Below are positions 46,825 through 58,334 of a DNA stretch of 64,000 nt, one piece after another; within the stretch, counting starts at the first letter, position 1; each line of letters begins with the position of its first letter. The position numbers and the translations under genes were made by a program. This DNA is from Neophaeotheca triangularis. Its lineage: Eukaryota. The stretch is taken from positions 1-64,000 of the forward strand of contig BAAIJX010000036.1 in the NCBI GenBank assembly GCA_054600435.1, written 5' to 3'. The notes beneath the pieces are model-generated. The model was not told the origin of the DNA, ran no database searches, and saw only the letters and a list, made by a program, of their open reading frames with translations.

Positions 46825-48054
46825 ATGCCGCCAAGATACTTCAAGAACGATGCGCCTTTGGCACGAAGAGGTAAACATCATTTGTGACCGTCAATGAAAC
46901 TACAAAACAAAGGTTAATCGAACCGCAGACCCCGAGCGCCAACTCCATGCATCCCTCACCCGCATTGTCAACGAACACCCTCCAGCCGAAGTTCGTCCCA
47001 GAGGCGGGCTTTACAAAGGCCCCATCAGCGTTGCTTACCTCTTCCTGGTACTCCAACAAATGTACCCGGACATGCTAGTCGAAGACCACGGCCTGGGCAC
47101 CTGGTCGGCCGCGTACCTCAAACACGCGCAAGACAATTTCAAAAGCTATCCAGGACCGCGAGTGGGCAAGTGCGGGATCGCGGACGATATCATGGCATTG
47201 CTGGCGATAGGCGCGGCGAGCAGCAAGGACGCGGACATGGCGGCCGACCTCTGCGACTACGCGTCCGAGGTTGTGGATCCCGAGAGTGAGAACGAGTGGC
47301 TGTATGGGAGGGCTGGGTACCTCTACTTCTTGCGCTTGGTTAAGGCGTCTTTTGTGGATGATGATAAGACTAGCCAGCTCATCACGGATACCCAGGATGA
47401 GGTTGTGGATGCTATTCTCGATGCGCCAAGACCGTGGAAGTGGCACGGTAAAACTTACGTTGGAGCGGTGCATGGCGCGATCGGGATTATCACGCAGATT
47501 GTGCTCACGGATCCGAAGAAGTACGCGAAGGAGGTCGAGGCTGAGCTTGCGGTGCTCTTGACATATCAGTTCGAGACGGGCAACTGGCCCAGCAGCCTAC
47601 CTCCGGAGAAGGACCGGTTGGTGCAGGTCTGCCACGGCGCACCAGGGGTTATCATCTGTCTGGAGAGTATCAAGCACTTCTTCCCGGCGCTGGAGGATAA
47701 GATCACCCGTGCCATTACCAAGGGACGGGACTGCGTCCTTGAGAGAGGGCTGTTGACTAAAGAGCCTTGCCTCTGCCACGGTAAGTTCAGGAGTGCAAAT
47801 CCAACCCGACCACACTAGCTAATGACCCCACCAAAGGCATCTCAGGCAACGGCCTAAGCCTTGAGACGGCAGAGTTTGAGCACTTCCTAACTTACACCAC
47901 GGGCAACGAAATCAAATCCATGGACAAAGACGGGATGTTGGAGAAATCGGAGAACCCCGAGAGCCTCTTCTGCGGCGAAGCGGGCAGGGCTTGGACGTGG
48001 GCCGTGGCCGACAAGAACCTCCCGAAGCGTATATTAGGTTTTAATGACCTTTGA
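46825..48054 (+). CDS. LanC-like (LanCL/GCR2-type) protein; exons 46825-46870, 46929-47780, 47837-48054; 371 aa
   Basis: PRYFKN, EWLYGRAGYL, YVGAVHG, GNWPSS, LVQVCHGAPG, CLCHG|ISGN, SLFCGEAG. Confidence 0.9.
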
Positions 48055-49191
48055 GCTGAGCGAGCGAGCTGCGGATTTGAAGTTGCGGAATATAATACGA
48101 GCGACGATACCCTTTGATGCGCCATGCGATAAGATGCAATGCATAGCGATATGAACTATGAAAATATGGACTTTTTGGAGTGAGGCGGTGCAGCATCTTC
48201 CGGCGTTGGCTTTGGGGGCTACGCTCGATGACGTGGCACGTTGGTGAGTACTGCTTGATCTACCTAGGTAGCTATGAAGTCGGCACTCGTCAGTTCATTT
48301 GCCCACAGATCATACCGACGCCCCTCTGTGGCTAGCAACAATTATCAGTACTACCAATTCTCACACCATGAACACTTTTCACGAGCTTGGAAGCATTGCT
48401 CGTAAACGAGGAAGCGCAAGCCGAGAGGGTCTTCAGCATATTTGCTATAGCGACAGAGCAACCATGTAGCGCCTAGCGAAAAAGAGAGCTCAGTACCCCG
48501 GGGGCTGTGGAGGTTCGCCTGGCCTTTGGTTTAGAGAACACTTTGGCGCTGAGATTGCTGATTGGGGCTGTGTGGTTCGGGACTCAAGATGTCCCCGGCG
48601 CCATTGACACCTCCACAATATAGGTCGGCGACAAGCCGTTCAGGAACGACGTGCTGGGTGCTTACCTACGGGCAACGAGCGCTACATGGGGACGGCAGAC
48701 ATTTTGGTACCGAGAGCATTCTGTACACCCTTGATCGAGTATTGAATTAGGGGTGTCCCTGGCGGTGTTGGTATAGTTGTAGCGCATACGCACAGATGGC
48801 TGCCACTCCAGGGGTATTCGTCTGCTTGCCTACGGACCCTAGACTTGCAGTAGGTGTGCTGAGTATGGTTTTGCTGGGAGCAGGCCAAGATTTCTTATCA
48901 GGAACTGTGACATGTCGTTGCGTGACGTCTTGGACTCTTGGTATGCGTAATAAGACAGCAAGCTCTTATCGATAAAGCCGGTAGATTCCCGGCGCGTTAG
49001 TCACGCTAGCGTCGCCTCCCCGCGCGAGCTAGCTTTCGCGAAAAGTAGAAACACCGCCTGCGCTTCTACCTTACTCTCCACCTCCACGTTCACTTGCTCT
49101 CTTTGTTTCTGCTGGGTATTCTTCAGTCTAACCATTTAGTACAGCGCGCATACCAGCAAAGAACAAAGGTATTCTGCCCCCGCTTGGCCTG

Positions 49192-52100
49192 ATGGCCACC
49201 CATCGCAGCATAGCTGCTAACCAGGCGCAGAGCGCGCCTCTAAGTGAACCAGAGAGCGAAAGCTCACCCTCTCCCTCCGCCTCGCCCTCGAATACCACCA
49301 GTTCTCCTTCCACCCCCTCCCGCACCTCCAAAGCCCCGACTATGGACAAGTCGAAGGCAGGCCAAGGGGCCAACCCCGTTGCGGGGTACAAGTACAATGA
49401 GATGTCGAATCTTGTCACCACCGCAGACCGCCGCTTCGTCTCTCGCCCGCGCGGTGAGGAGAACGCCGGTGACCCAGAGTCGCTGGCTCACCGCATTCGC
49501 AAAGAAGACATGGGATCGCGCATTCGTAGAGACAACGCACCAACCCAAATCCCAGAACACCTACAGGCGGCGCGCAAGAGAAAGCGCGCGCAACCTCTCC
49601 AACAAAGTCGCCAGGCCGGCGTCATCAGCCAAGCCGACCTCAACATTGAGGACCTCACATACCGACCTAAGACTCCCGCGACCAAAGAGACATATGACCT
49701 CATCACAACTCAAGTGGCGCAGAAGGTGGGTGGCGAATGGGGTCTCCAGACAATCGCATCCGCGACCGATGAGATCCTGGAAAACGTCATGAACAGGCAG
49801 TTGAGCGACAATGCCAAACTTGAGGCGGTCAACGACACACTCGGCATCACACTCACGTCCAAGGAATTCAATCAGCTGGTGAACCTGAGCAAGAAGCTCA
49901 CCGACTACTGGGACGACGATGAGGAAGAGGAAGAAGAGGTAGCAAAGCCGCTGCCCGATGAGGAAGTTGGGAAGCCTGAAGATCCAACTGCGGTCGAGGG
50001 TATTGCCGTGGACTTCGGTGATGATGATGATGGGCATCTTGACGACGAGAACCAGACCTTTGAGGTCAGAGACTCGGACGCGGACTCAGACGACGACCCT
50101 GATGAGTCACGCGAGCCCGCAGAGGAGACGGAGTTTGTTCCTCCACAAGAGCGACCCGAAGGAGAGGCGGACGAGATCGTCATTCAGAGAAAGCGCGACA
50201 AGCAAGGCGGCGAGCAAGGCGCAGATCCCACTGTCATTCCTGTTGAGGATATCGACACCTACTGGCTGCAGAGGGAAGTCGGCAAGATTCATGAGGACAT
50301 GGTCACGCGTGTTCAGATAGCACAACGAGCTCTATCTATTCTGGGGGACCCCGATGAGTCAGGCAAGGCGAGGGAGCTCCGAGACGTTGAGAACGATCTC
50401 ATGGAACTCTTCGACTTCGAGCACCAGGAACTTGTCACCAAGCTCGTCAGGAACCGAGATAAGGTTGTTTGGGTCACAAGGTGGCGCCAAGCTGCCGACG
50501 ACGAGACGCAGAGAGAAGCTGTCGAAGCGCAGATGGCCAGTGAAGGCAACATGGACATCCTCAAGAAGCTCAAGGGTGGCGAGAAAAAGCAAGACCAGCT
50601 TCGAAGACCTACAAGGTCAGAGCCCATGGACGTCGACATGGACGCGCCTGCGGCTAAGGAGGTCAAGAGCAAGAGAAGCGACTTTGTGACAGGTCTACTG
50701 CCCAGCAAGAATCTCAACCTTGAAGATCTCAAGTTCGACCAGGGAGGGCACACTATGACCAACCAAAGTGTACGCCTTCCTCACGGCTCTACAAAGCAAG
50801 CGCACAAGGGTTACGAGGAGATTCACGTTCCGCCACCTAAGCGCCAGGCCGATCCGAGCGCGAAGCCACTCATACCTACGACTGATCTACCTAGCTGGGC
50901 TCAGCCTGGCTTCGGTTCCAACGCATCGCTCAATCGGATCCAGACAGAGTGTTACTCTTCTGCGTTTGAGGGTGATGGCAACATGCTCATATGTGCGCCT
51001 ACGGGTTCCGGCAAGACCAACGTGGCCATGCTAGCTATGCTTCGCGAAATTGGCAAGCATCGCAATCCCCAGACCGGCGAGATCGACTTGGATGCCTTCA
51101 AGATTATCTATGTGGCCCCTCTCAAGGCCTTGGTGGCAGAGCAGACAGGCAACTTTGGCAAGAGACTGGAGCCATACGGCATCAGAGTCTCCGAGTTGAC
51201 GGGCGACCGCCAGCTCACCAAACAGGCCATCACCGAGACGAATGTCATCGTCACTACGCCAGAGAAGTACGATGTCATTACTCGCAAGGCTACCGAGACT
51301 TCTTACATCAACCTTGTCCGGCTCATTTGCATCGACGAGATCCATTTGCTTCACGACGACCGTGGACCCGTGCTCGAAAACATTGTGAGCCGTACCATGC
51401 GCCGCACCGAAGACACTGGCGACCCAGTCCGCATTGTTGGACTGTCGGCTACGCTTCCAAACTACAGCGACGTGGCAAACTTCCTGCGAGTACCAGAAGG
51501 CAACACTTATCACTTCGATTCGACATTCCGTCCATGCCCTCTTCGGCAGGAGTTCATCGGTCTCACGGACAAGAAAGCCATCAAGCAGCTGAAGATGATG
51601 AACGAAATTTGTTACAAAAAGGTCTTGGAGCAGGTCGGCAAGAACAAGCAGCAGATCCTCGTGTTCGTCCATTCGCGCAAAGACACTGGCAAAACGGCAA
51701 GGTTCATCGCCGACACAGCTCTTGAGAGAGGTGAAATGGGTTCGCTTCTTCGGGGTGATTCAGGCACCGCTCAAATCTTGAAAGAAGAAGCCAACAGTGC
51801 CGCGGACTCTGACCTGAAGGCAGTGATGCCCTATGGTATTGGTATTCATCATGCGGGTATGAACAGAGCCGATCGTCAATCTGTCGAAGACCTGTTCACG
51901 GACGGTGCTTGCCAAATCCTCATTTGCACAGCTACCCTTGCCTGGGGTGTCAACCTTCCAGCACACACTGTCATCATCAAAGGAACACAGACCTACAATC
52001 CCGAGAGAGGTGCCTGGGTTGAATTGAGCCCACAGGACACTCTTCAGATGCTTGGTCGTGCTGGGCGTCCTCAGTTCGATACCTACGGCGAGGGCATCAT

Positions 52101-55100
52101 CATCACGAAGCAGTCCGAACTGCAGTACTACCTCAGCTTGATGAACATGCAGCTACCCATTGAGTCTCACTTCGTCGACAAGATGGTGGACAGCTTAAAT
52201 GCTGAGATTGTCCTCGGCAACATTCGTACTCGCGATGAGGGAGCCAAGTGGCTCGGCTACACGTACCTCTTCGTCCGCATGCTCCGGTCGCCCCAAATCT
52301 ACCAAGTGGGTGCGGACTTCGACGAAGATGATGCTCTCATGCAAAGGCGCGTTGACCTCATTCACTCTGCGGCCTCTGTACTCGAGAAGGCCGAGTGCAT
52401 CAAGTACGACAAGAAGACCGGCAAATTCACTTCTCTCGACCTGGGACGCATCGCCTCGCACTACTACCTCACCTACAGCAGCATGAAAACCTTCAAGGCC
52501 CACATCGGGCCGCATGTACAGTGGTTCGAGATCTTGCGTGCTTTCTCGCTCAGTGATGAGTTCAAGTACATCCCTGTGCGCTCAGACGAGAAACTCGAGC
52601 TCGCGAAGTTGAAGGAGAAGGTTCCTGTCCCTGTTAAAGAGGGCATCGATGAGCCGGCGTGCAAGATGAACGTCCTGTTCCAATGCGAGATCTCAAATTT
52701 TGAGTTTGAAGGATTCGCTCTAGGTGCCGACCAGATGTACATCACTCAGTCAGCCGGCCGCATCATGCGTGCACTCTTCGAGATTGCGCTCTCTATGCAC
52801 TACTCGCAGACCGCTCGGTACGCTCTCGAACTGTGCAAGGCGATTGACAAGAAGATGTGGCCTACCTGGACCCCGCTCGACCAGTTCCCCTCGCTCGGTG
52901 AGGAAGTTAGATACAAAGCCGACGCCCTCGGCATCCCATGGAAGCACTGGCTCGACTACGATGAAGCTCGCATTGGCCAACTACTGGGGATGCCAAAGGA
53001 AGCCAAGAAAGTCCACGACTGCATTTCCAAGTTTCCTCGTCTGAGGCTTGCTGCGGAGCCGCTACCCATCACCAACAGCCTGCTCCGTGTGGAGCTCACA
53101 ATCACGCCAGATTTCGTGTGGGACGACAAGATCCATGGCAACGCTCAAAGCTTCTGGCTCTTCTGCGAGGACTGTGACGGAGAGAGGCTTCTCTACTGTG
53201 ACCAATTCGTGCTGCGCAAGGAGTATGCTATCGCTGAAAACAACGAGCACAACTTGGACTTCACGGTCATGGTGGACGAGCCTCATCCTCCCGTCTACTT
53301 CATCTCCCTCATCTCCGACCGTTGGATGAACGCGCAGTACAAGATCCCCATGATGCTTCGCAAGGTTAAACTTCCGGAGAAGTTTCCAGCACCAACGCCT
53401 CTGCTCGATCTACAGCCTGTCACGCCGGACACTCTTGGCAAGCAGGAGCTTGTGAAACTTTACCCTGACTGGCAGAAGTTCAACCGCATCCAGACGCAAA
53501 CCTTCAAGACGCTCTACGACACTGATGATTCTGTCCTCATTGGCAGTGCTACTGGCAGTGGCAAGACAGTCTGTGCCGAGTTCGCCTTGTTCAGGCACTT
53601 CTACAATGGCGCCTCGGACTCAAAAGCTGTGTACATCGATTATTACCAAGAGCAGGTCGACGCTCGCTTCGCATTCTGGCAGCCGAGACTCAAGGCATTG
53701 GCTGGAGGCAAGACGATCTCCAAGCTCAGTGGCGATGCCCCTGCAGATCTGAGGGTGCTTGCGGAGTCCGATCTCGTCCTGGGTACACCTGCGCAGTGGG
53801 ATATCCTTTCCCGTCAATGGCAACGTCGCAAGCCGGTCCAAGACGTCAGCCTCATCATTGCCGACGACATGCACCTGCTCGGTGGCACAGGCGGCTTCGT
53901 TTACGAGGCTCTTCTCTCACGCACTCAATCGATAGCCGCGCAGCTGGAGAAGAAAATCCGCATTGTCGGTCTCAGTGTCTGCCTGTCAAACGCCAAAGAC
54001 ATGGGCGCCTGGATCGGTGCCGGCAGGCATGGCATCTTCAACTTCAGCCCTAGCGTGCGCCCAATCCCTCTCAACCTGCACCTTCAGGACTACAAGATCC
54101 CGCACTTTCCCAGCTTAATGCTTGCTATGGTTAAGCCTGCTATGGCTGCCATCATGCAGTACTCGCCCGAGAAGCCTGTCATGATCTTTTCTCCCAGCAG
54201 GAAGCAAGTGCGTGCCACCGCTGTCGACTTCTTGACGCTGCTTTCCTCCGAGGGTGACGAGGATCGCTTTTTGCGGTCGATGTCGCCAATATTGCAGAAG
54301 TCTCTAGAAAAAGTCGATGAGCGTTCTCTCCATGATGCTCTAGTCCATGGCATCGCGTACTTCCACGAGGCACTCTCTGAATCCGACAAGAGAATTGCTC
54401 AGACATTCTTCGCTAACGGCGCAGCTCGTGTGATGATCGTTTCTCGCGAGTCAATTTGGGAGGTGAAGCCCAACGCTCATCTTGTCATCGTCATGGGTAC
54501 TCAATTCTTCGATGGCCGTGAGCATCGCTACATCGACTATCCAATCGCAGATGTCCTTCAAATGTTCGGCAAGGCTGGGCGTCTCATGGTTGACACTGAC
54601 TGTCGTGGCGTGCTTATGCTGCCGGACATGAAGAAGGCTTACTACAAGAAGTTCCTCGTTGAGGCCTTGCCTGTGGAATCCCAGCTGATGCCCTACCTCC
54701 CTGACATCTTCACTACCGAGATTGCCACGAAGACTATCGAGAGCACGCAGGACGCAGTCGACTGGAGCACCTACACCTACTTCTACCGCCGCCTGTTGGC
54801 AAACCCCAGCTTTTACGGTCTGAAGGATACCAGCATGAACGGTGTCAACGCTTTCCTCTCCGACCATGTGGAGAACAGCCTCCAGAACCTTGCCCAGGCC
54901 AAGATGATCGAGATAGATGAGGAAGAGGACAGCATTGTAGCTCTCGACTCTGCTCAGATCGCCTCCTATTACGATCTGTCCTTTGTCACCATGCAGACTC
55001 TTCTGATGTCTCTGAAGCGGGGCACCAAGCTCAAGGCCATGCTGGAGATAGTAACTGCAGCAGTCGAGTTCGAAAACCTCCAGATGCGCCGTCACGAGGA

Positions 55101-55977
55101 GCGTATTTTGTCCCGCATCTACGACCGTTGCCCCGTCAAGATCGCCAACGTCGACTTTGAGTCTCCTCACTTCAAAGCCTTTGTGCTGCTCCAAGCTCAC
55201 TTTTCCCGCATGCGTCTCCCTGCCGACTTGGCTAAGGACCAGGAAGAGATCTTGCGCAAGGTGCTGAACCTGCTCTCCGCGTCCGTCGACATCCTGTCTT
55301 CGGAGGGTCACATGAACGCCTTGTACGCCATGGAGATTACGCAAATGGTGGTCCAAGCCATGTGGGACAAGGACTCTCCGCTCAAGCAGCTGCCTTACTT
55401 TGACGAAGAGCTCGTGGGCGTCTGCAAGGAGTTCGGCATCAATGACGTCAACGAGCTGATTGATGCTATGGACCCAGAGGAGAATAAAGACTACAACAAG
55501 CTCACGACCGCCTTGAACCTCTCCAATGCCGAGCTCACTGAGATTGCCGAATTCGCCAACAGCCACTACCCGAGTGTCGATATGCATTTCTCCCTCAAGG
55601 ATCAACTCGTTACCGGCGAAACTGGTACTCTGAACGTGACTCTGGAGCGCGACATCGAGAGCGAAGACGAAGTCAAGCCCTATGTCCACGCTCCCTTCTA
55701 CCCTGCCAACAAGCAAGAGATGTATTGGGTCGTTGTCGTCGACGAACAGCGCAAATCTCTGCTCGGCATCAAGCGCGTGCGCCTGGTGAAGAAGAACTCC
55801 TTCAAGGTCGGCGTCACCGTCGTGCACCCCGGAAAGACGGAATTGACCGTCTTCCTCATGTGCGACTCGTACATCGGTCTCGACCAGGAGCCCAAGCTCG
55901 AGGTGGACGTTGAGCAGGGCGCGGACAGCGATGAGGAGGGGGATGAGGCGGATGGGGATGTTGAGATGACGGGTTGA
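49192..55977 (+). CDS. BRR2: U5 snRNP 200-kDa Ski2-like RNA helicase, intronless; true start may be ATG 49342
   Basis: YKYNEMSNLV, APTGSGKT, DEIH, GLSATLPN, QMLGRAGRPQFD, second cassette ATGSGKT/DDMH, two Sec63 domains, MCDSYIG.DQ. Confidence 0.97.
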   Translation: MATHRSIAANQAQSAPLSEPESESSPSPSASPSNTTSSPSTPSRTSKAPTMDKSKAGQGANPVAGYKYNEMSNLVTTADRRFVSRPRGEENAGDPESLAHRIRKEDMGSRIRRDNAPTQIPEHLQAARKRKRAQPLQQSRQAGVISQADLNIEDLTYRPKTPATKETYDLITTQVAQKVGGEWGLQTIASATDEILENVMNRQLSDNAKLEAVNDTLGITLTSKEFNQLVNLSKKLTDYWDDDEEEEEEVAKPLPDEEVGKPEDPTAVEGIAVDFGDDDDGHLDDENQTFEVRDSDADSDDDPDESREPAEETEFVPPQERPEGEADEIVIQRKRDKQGGEQGADPTVIPVEDIDTYWLQREVGKIHEDMVTRVQIAQRALSILGDPDESGKARELRDVENDLMELFDFEHQELVTKLVRNRDKVVWVTRWRQAADDETQREAVEAQMASEGNMDILKKLKGGEKKQDQLRRPTRSEPMDVDMDAPAAKEVKSKRSDFVTGLLPSKNLNLEDLKFDQGGHTMTNQSVRLPHGSTKQAHKGYEEIHVPPPKRQADPSAKPLIPTTDLPSWAQPGFGSNASLNRIQTECYSSAFEGDGNMLICAPTGSGKTNVAMLAMLREIGKHRNPQTGEIDLDAFKIIYVAPLKALVAEQTGNFGKRLEPYGIRVSELTGDRQLTKQAITETNVIVTTPEKYDVITRKATETSYINLVRLICIDEIHLLHDDRGPVLENIVSRTMRRTEDTGDPVRIVGLSATLPNYSDVANFLRVPEGNTYHFDSTFRPCPLRQEFIGLTDKKAIKQLKMMNEICYKKVLEQVGKNKQQILVFVHSRKDTGKTARFIADTALERGEMGSLLRGDSGTAQILKEEANSAADSDLKAVMPYGIGIHHAGMNRADRQSVEDLFTDGACQILICTATLAWGVNLPAHTVIIKGTQTYNPERGAWVELSPQDTLQMLGRAGRPQFDTYGEGIIITKQSELQYYLSLMNMQLPIESHFVDKMVDSLNAEIVLGNIRTRDEGAKWLGYTYLFVRMLRSPQIYQVGADFDEDDALMQRRVDLIHSAASVLEKAECIKYDKKTGKFTSLDLGRIASHYYLTYSSMKTFKAHIGPHVQWFEILRAFSLSDEFKYIPVRSDEKLELAKLKEKVPVPVKEGIDEPACKMNVLFQCEISNFEFEGFALGADQMYITQSAGRIMRALFEIALSMHYSQTARYALELCKAIDKKMWPTWTPLDQFPSLGEEVRYKADALGIPWKHWLDYDEARIGQLLGMPKEAKKVHDCISKFPRLRLAAEPLPITNSLLRVELTITPDFVWDDKIHGNAQSFWLFCEDCDGERLLYCDQFVLRKEYAIAENNEHNLDFTVMVDEPHPPVYFISLISDRWMNAQYKIPMMLRKVKLPEKFPAPTPLLDLQPVTPDTLGKQELVKLYPDWQKFNRIQTQTFKTLYDTDDSVLIGSATGSGKTVCAEFALFRHFYNGASDSKAVYIDYYQEQVDARFAFWQPRLKALAGGKTISKLSGDAPADLRVLAESDLVLGTPAQWDILSRQWQRRKPVQDVSLIIADDMHLLGGTGGFVYEALLSRTQSIAAQLEKKIRIVGLSVCLSNAKDMGAWIGAGRHGIFNFSPSVRPIPLNLHLQDYKIPHFPSLMLAMVKPAMAAIMQYSPEKPVMIFSPSRKQVRATAVDFLTLLSSEGDEDRFLRSMSPILQKSLEKVDERSLHDALVHGIAYFHEALSESDKRIAQTFFANGAARVMIVSRESIWEVKPNAHLVIVMGTQFFDGREHRYIDYPIADVLQMFGKAGRLMVDTDCRGVLMLPDMKKAYYKKFLVEALPVESQLMPYLPDIFTTEIATKTIESTQDAVDWSTYTYFYRRLLANPSFYGLKDTSMNGVNAFLSDHVENSLQNLAQAKMIEIDEEEDSIVALDSAQIASYYDLSFVTMQTLLMSLKRGTKLKAMLEIVTAAVEFENLQMRRHEERILSRIYDRCPVKIANVDFESPHFKAFVLLQAHFSRMRLPADLAKDQEEILRKVLNLLSASVDILSSEGHMNALYAMEITQMVVQAMWDKDSPLKQLPYFDEELVGVCKEFGINDVNELIDAMDPEENKDYNKLTTALNLSNAELTEIAEFANSHYPSVDMHFSLKDQLVTGETGTLNVTLERDIESEDEVKPYVHAPFYPANKQEMYWVVVVDEQRKSLLGIKRVRLVKKNSFKVGVTVVHPGKTELTVFLMCDSYIGLDQEPKLEVDVEQGADSDEEGDEADGDVEMTG

Positions 55978-56973
55978 TTGAATTCGATCGCGTCGACGAG
56001 ATGATGACGGTGGGCGTGCGGTGTTTTGAGGAGTTTCGGACCGTGCTGAGTGCACTTTTGTAGCCATCGAGACCCGTAACTTAACAGGCTTGCTTTGCTG
56101 CTCGCCAGACTTTGCGGGAACGGCACTCGTAATCTAACTTAGTTTCGTGGATAGTTGTACAACTTCTACTTGTACCAAAACTGCTTCATACGTGACCTGT
56201 GCTGTGACCTGTTCTGTTAAATTTTCCCTCGTCATCGCGTCTGGATACACCCGGTATTTACAAAGCCTCGGAAGATCTGTCTTGAGTGTGAGAATGGGTG
56301 AAACATGTCTCGGGGCCGAATAGACCGCCCAAGGCCAGATTTCAGTACTGACAGCACGCAAGAATTGGCTCCGTCATACTCTCCCACTGATCTATTACTC
56401 GAACAAAACAAGACAAATGGAGAAGTATCAAGCAAACGAACAAGTTGTCAGTTGGGTCCCAACAGGACTTGTAATTCCACCAAGACTACCTCGGAGATAC
56501 TATGCTACATTTAAGAACACGACATGGATTGATACCTTTCCCCCGAACAAGTCTCGCTTCTCCTTCGCTTCTGGAAAAAAGCTCCTCAAAATTCAAGCTC
56601 TCGACCGCGAAGGTCGATCTGGAGGCAGGCCTGATCAGACTGAACTGAAGCTCTTTGGTTGTCCGTTGGGAACCGCCATCGATCGTGATTGCCACTGGTC
56701 GTATTGGCTAGGGCGAGTGTTTGAGTTGTGCGCAAAATTGCGCAAAGCTTCTGCCGACTACGACTGTATCCTCTGCGAACTGGCCGGTGAGAGCGATTAG
56801 AGCGTGAGCCGCTCAAAAGCGTGCGCATCCACAATGTTGTTTTGTGTCTTTTGATACAGCGTTCCTGTAGCTCGCTCAATGCCGACTAATACGTCCCGTG
56901 ACGACGCCTGTCTCCGCATCCGCATCAAAGAAAAAGGATTGGATATTCGCTTGAAATGTCACAAACACGAAGC

Positions 56974-57945
56974 TCAGCCGGCCAGCTCTTCCTTCGCAGC
57001 CTCAACATTCTGATCACCACCAGCCTCTCTGGGCTTCCTCTTCCTCTTCCTCTTAGTGCGAGAGCCGTCTTCCACCCCATCTGTAGCAGCGTGGCCTTCA
57101 GTCACTGTGTCACCTCCGAGAGCCTTGTCTGCAATCTGAGGGTCCTGTTTCGAAGCTTTGCGAAGCACGGAGCGAGTGTGTTCATCCTCGCCAGGCGCCG
57201 CTGTCTCCTTCTTCGGCTTCTTCACACTGAGTGGATTTGGACCCTTGGGACCCTTTGGCTTCTTCTTCTTCGGCTGAACTTGTTCCTCACCTGCCGCCGC
57301 CGCCGCTGCCGCCGTCGCAGCAGCAGCATCTGTCCCCGCACCCTCCTCGTCCTCGTCCTCCTCCCGCTTCCTCTTCAATGCGTCCCCCGGCCCCCTCCTC
57401 CCCTTCAGCCCCGCCCTAATCTTTGCCTTCTCATCCGCCTCGGCCACTTCTCCCGTCTTAGCAGCCATAGGTTCCAGAATCATAACCGAGCGATTAATGT
57501 AGACCAACGGCACACCGGCCACAGCCCTCATAGCCCGCCTGACCTCCATCTCCTGCGCAGCAACAACATAGCGATGGCGGTTCGTCCCGCTAGCCTTGGG
57601 ATCGACAACACTCATCAGACACTCGAGCTCACTCAGCGGCTCCTCCAATTCATGATGCCCGCAGCGCCGACGCTCCGCTTGCTTGGCCGTCTCGATCCAG
57701 CCTTCTTTCGCTTGCCGGTCGTCCGTGGGATCGTTGTACAAGTGCCGGATGCAGCATTGCGTTATCATGGGTTTGATCTCGCCGTGCAGCGTGTTGGAGA
57801 GCATGCCGCCCAGGCGCATTTTGAAGCGCGCCGCGTCCCGGATGATTTGGCTGTCGACGAGGACCTGGTAGGGTTCGCGGAAGTTGAAGTGCAGTTGGTA
57901 TTGGTGCATGAGTTTGCGATATTGTTTGCTGCGTTTGCCGCGCAT
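56974..57945 (-). CDS. UTP23: SSU processome PIN-domain protein Utp23, 323 aa
   Basis: MRGKRSKQYRKLM, FREPYQVLVD, KPMITQCC, ERRRCGH, YVVAAQ, GVPLVYI.RSVMILEP, KGPKGPNPLSVKK. Confidence 0.96.
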   Translation of the reverse strand: MRGKRSKQYRKLMHQYQLHFNFREPYQVLVDSQIIRDAARFKMRLGGMLSNTLHGEIKPMITQCCIRHLYNDPTDDRQAKEGWIETAKQAERRRCGHHELEEPLSELECLMSVVDPKASGTNRHRYVVAAQEMEVRRAMRAVAGVPLVYINRSVMILEPMAAKTGEVAEADEKAKIRAGLKGRRGPGDALKRKREEDEDEEGAGTDAAAATAAAAAAAGEEQVQPKKKKPKGPKGPNPLSVKKPKKETAAPGEDEHTRSVLRKASKQDPQIADKALGGDTVTEGHAATDGVEDGSRTKRKRKRKPREAGGDQNVEAAKEELAG

Positions 57946-58334
57946 GATGGCGGTTTGGCAGGGGGGTGGATGTTGTTAGATGTGAGAGGGAGGTGTAAGG
58001 TAGTTGTTTGCGTTTTTTCAGTAGCTTTGGGGGTTTGGCTTGTAATTTTCTCAAAAAGTCCGACAAGCTCGAAGCCACGATCATGATACCTAATACCCCG
58101 GCTTTTCTGCACGCTAGCAGGAGCTCGGCCGCGTTGGCGCTAGTGCCCTGCCACATGACGTTGCAGGGTAAAGTTGCAGCTGTGGCGCACGTATATACGT
58201 ACTATGTGTGGATATACCGGTTAGTGGGCAGAGGGAAGACTACCACATCCTGAACGCTCCTTTTAAAGAACACCATTCCCTCTTAGAGAAATCCGCGATT
58301 AATCTCCCCTCCTAGCTCGAAACCAACTCCAACC

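Noticed and set aside
46825..48600. Lanthipeptide/RiPP biosynthetic cluster around the LanC-like gene
   Set aside because: No LanB/LanM dehydratase, precursor peptide, protease or transporter nearby; flanks are SEC9 and BRR2.
48966..48975. TTATCGATAA inverted GATA pair upstream of BRR2
   Set aside because: A single 10-bp palindrome is expected by chance in 64 kb, and there is no functional link to GATA regulation.
55999..56050. Box C (ATGATGA) and box D (CTGA) just after the BRR2 stop
   Set aside because: Only ~50 nt, no terminal stem or recognisable guide; lies in the 3'-UTR.
54451..56067. 538-aa antisense ORF over BRR2 (likewise 25400-26455, 56956-58086, 19373-20353, 17764-18603, 43048-43881)
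   Set aside because: Shadow ORFs caused by biased codon usage on the opposite strand of clear genes; no recognisable motifs.
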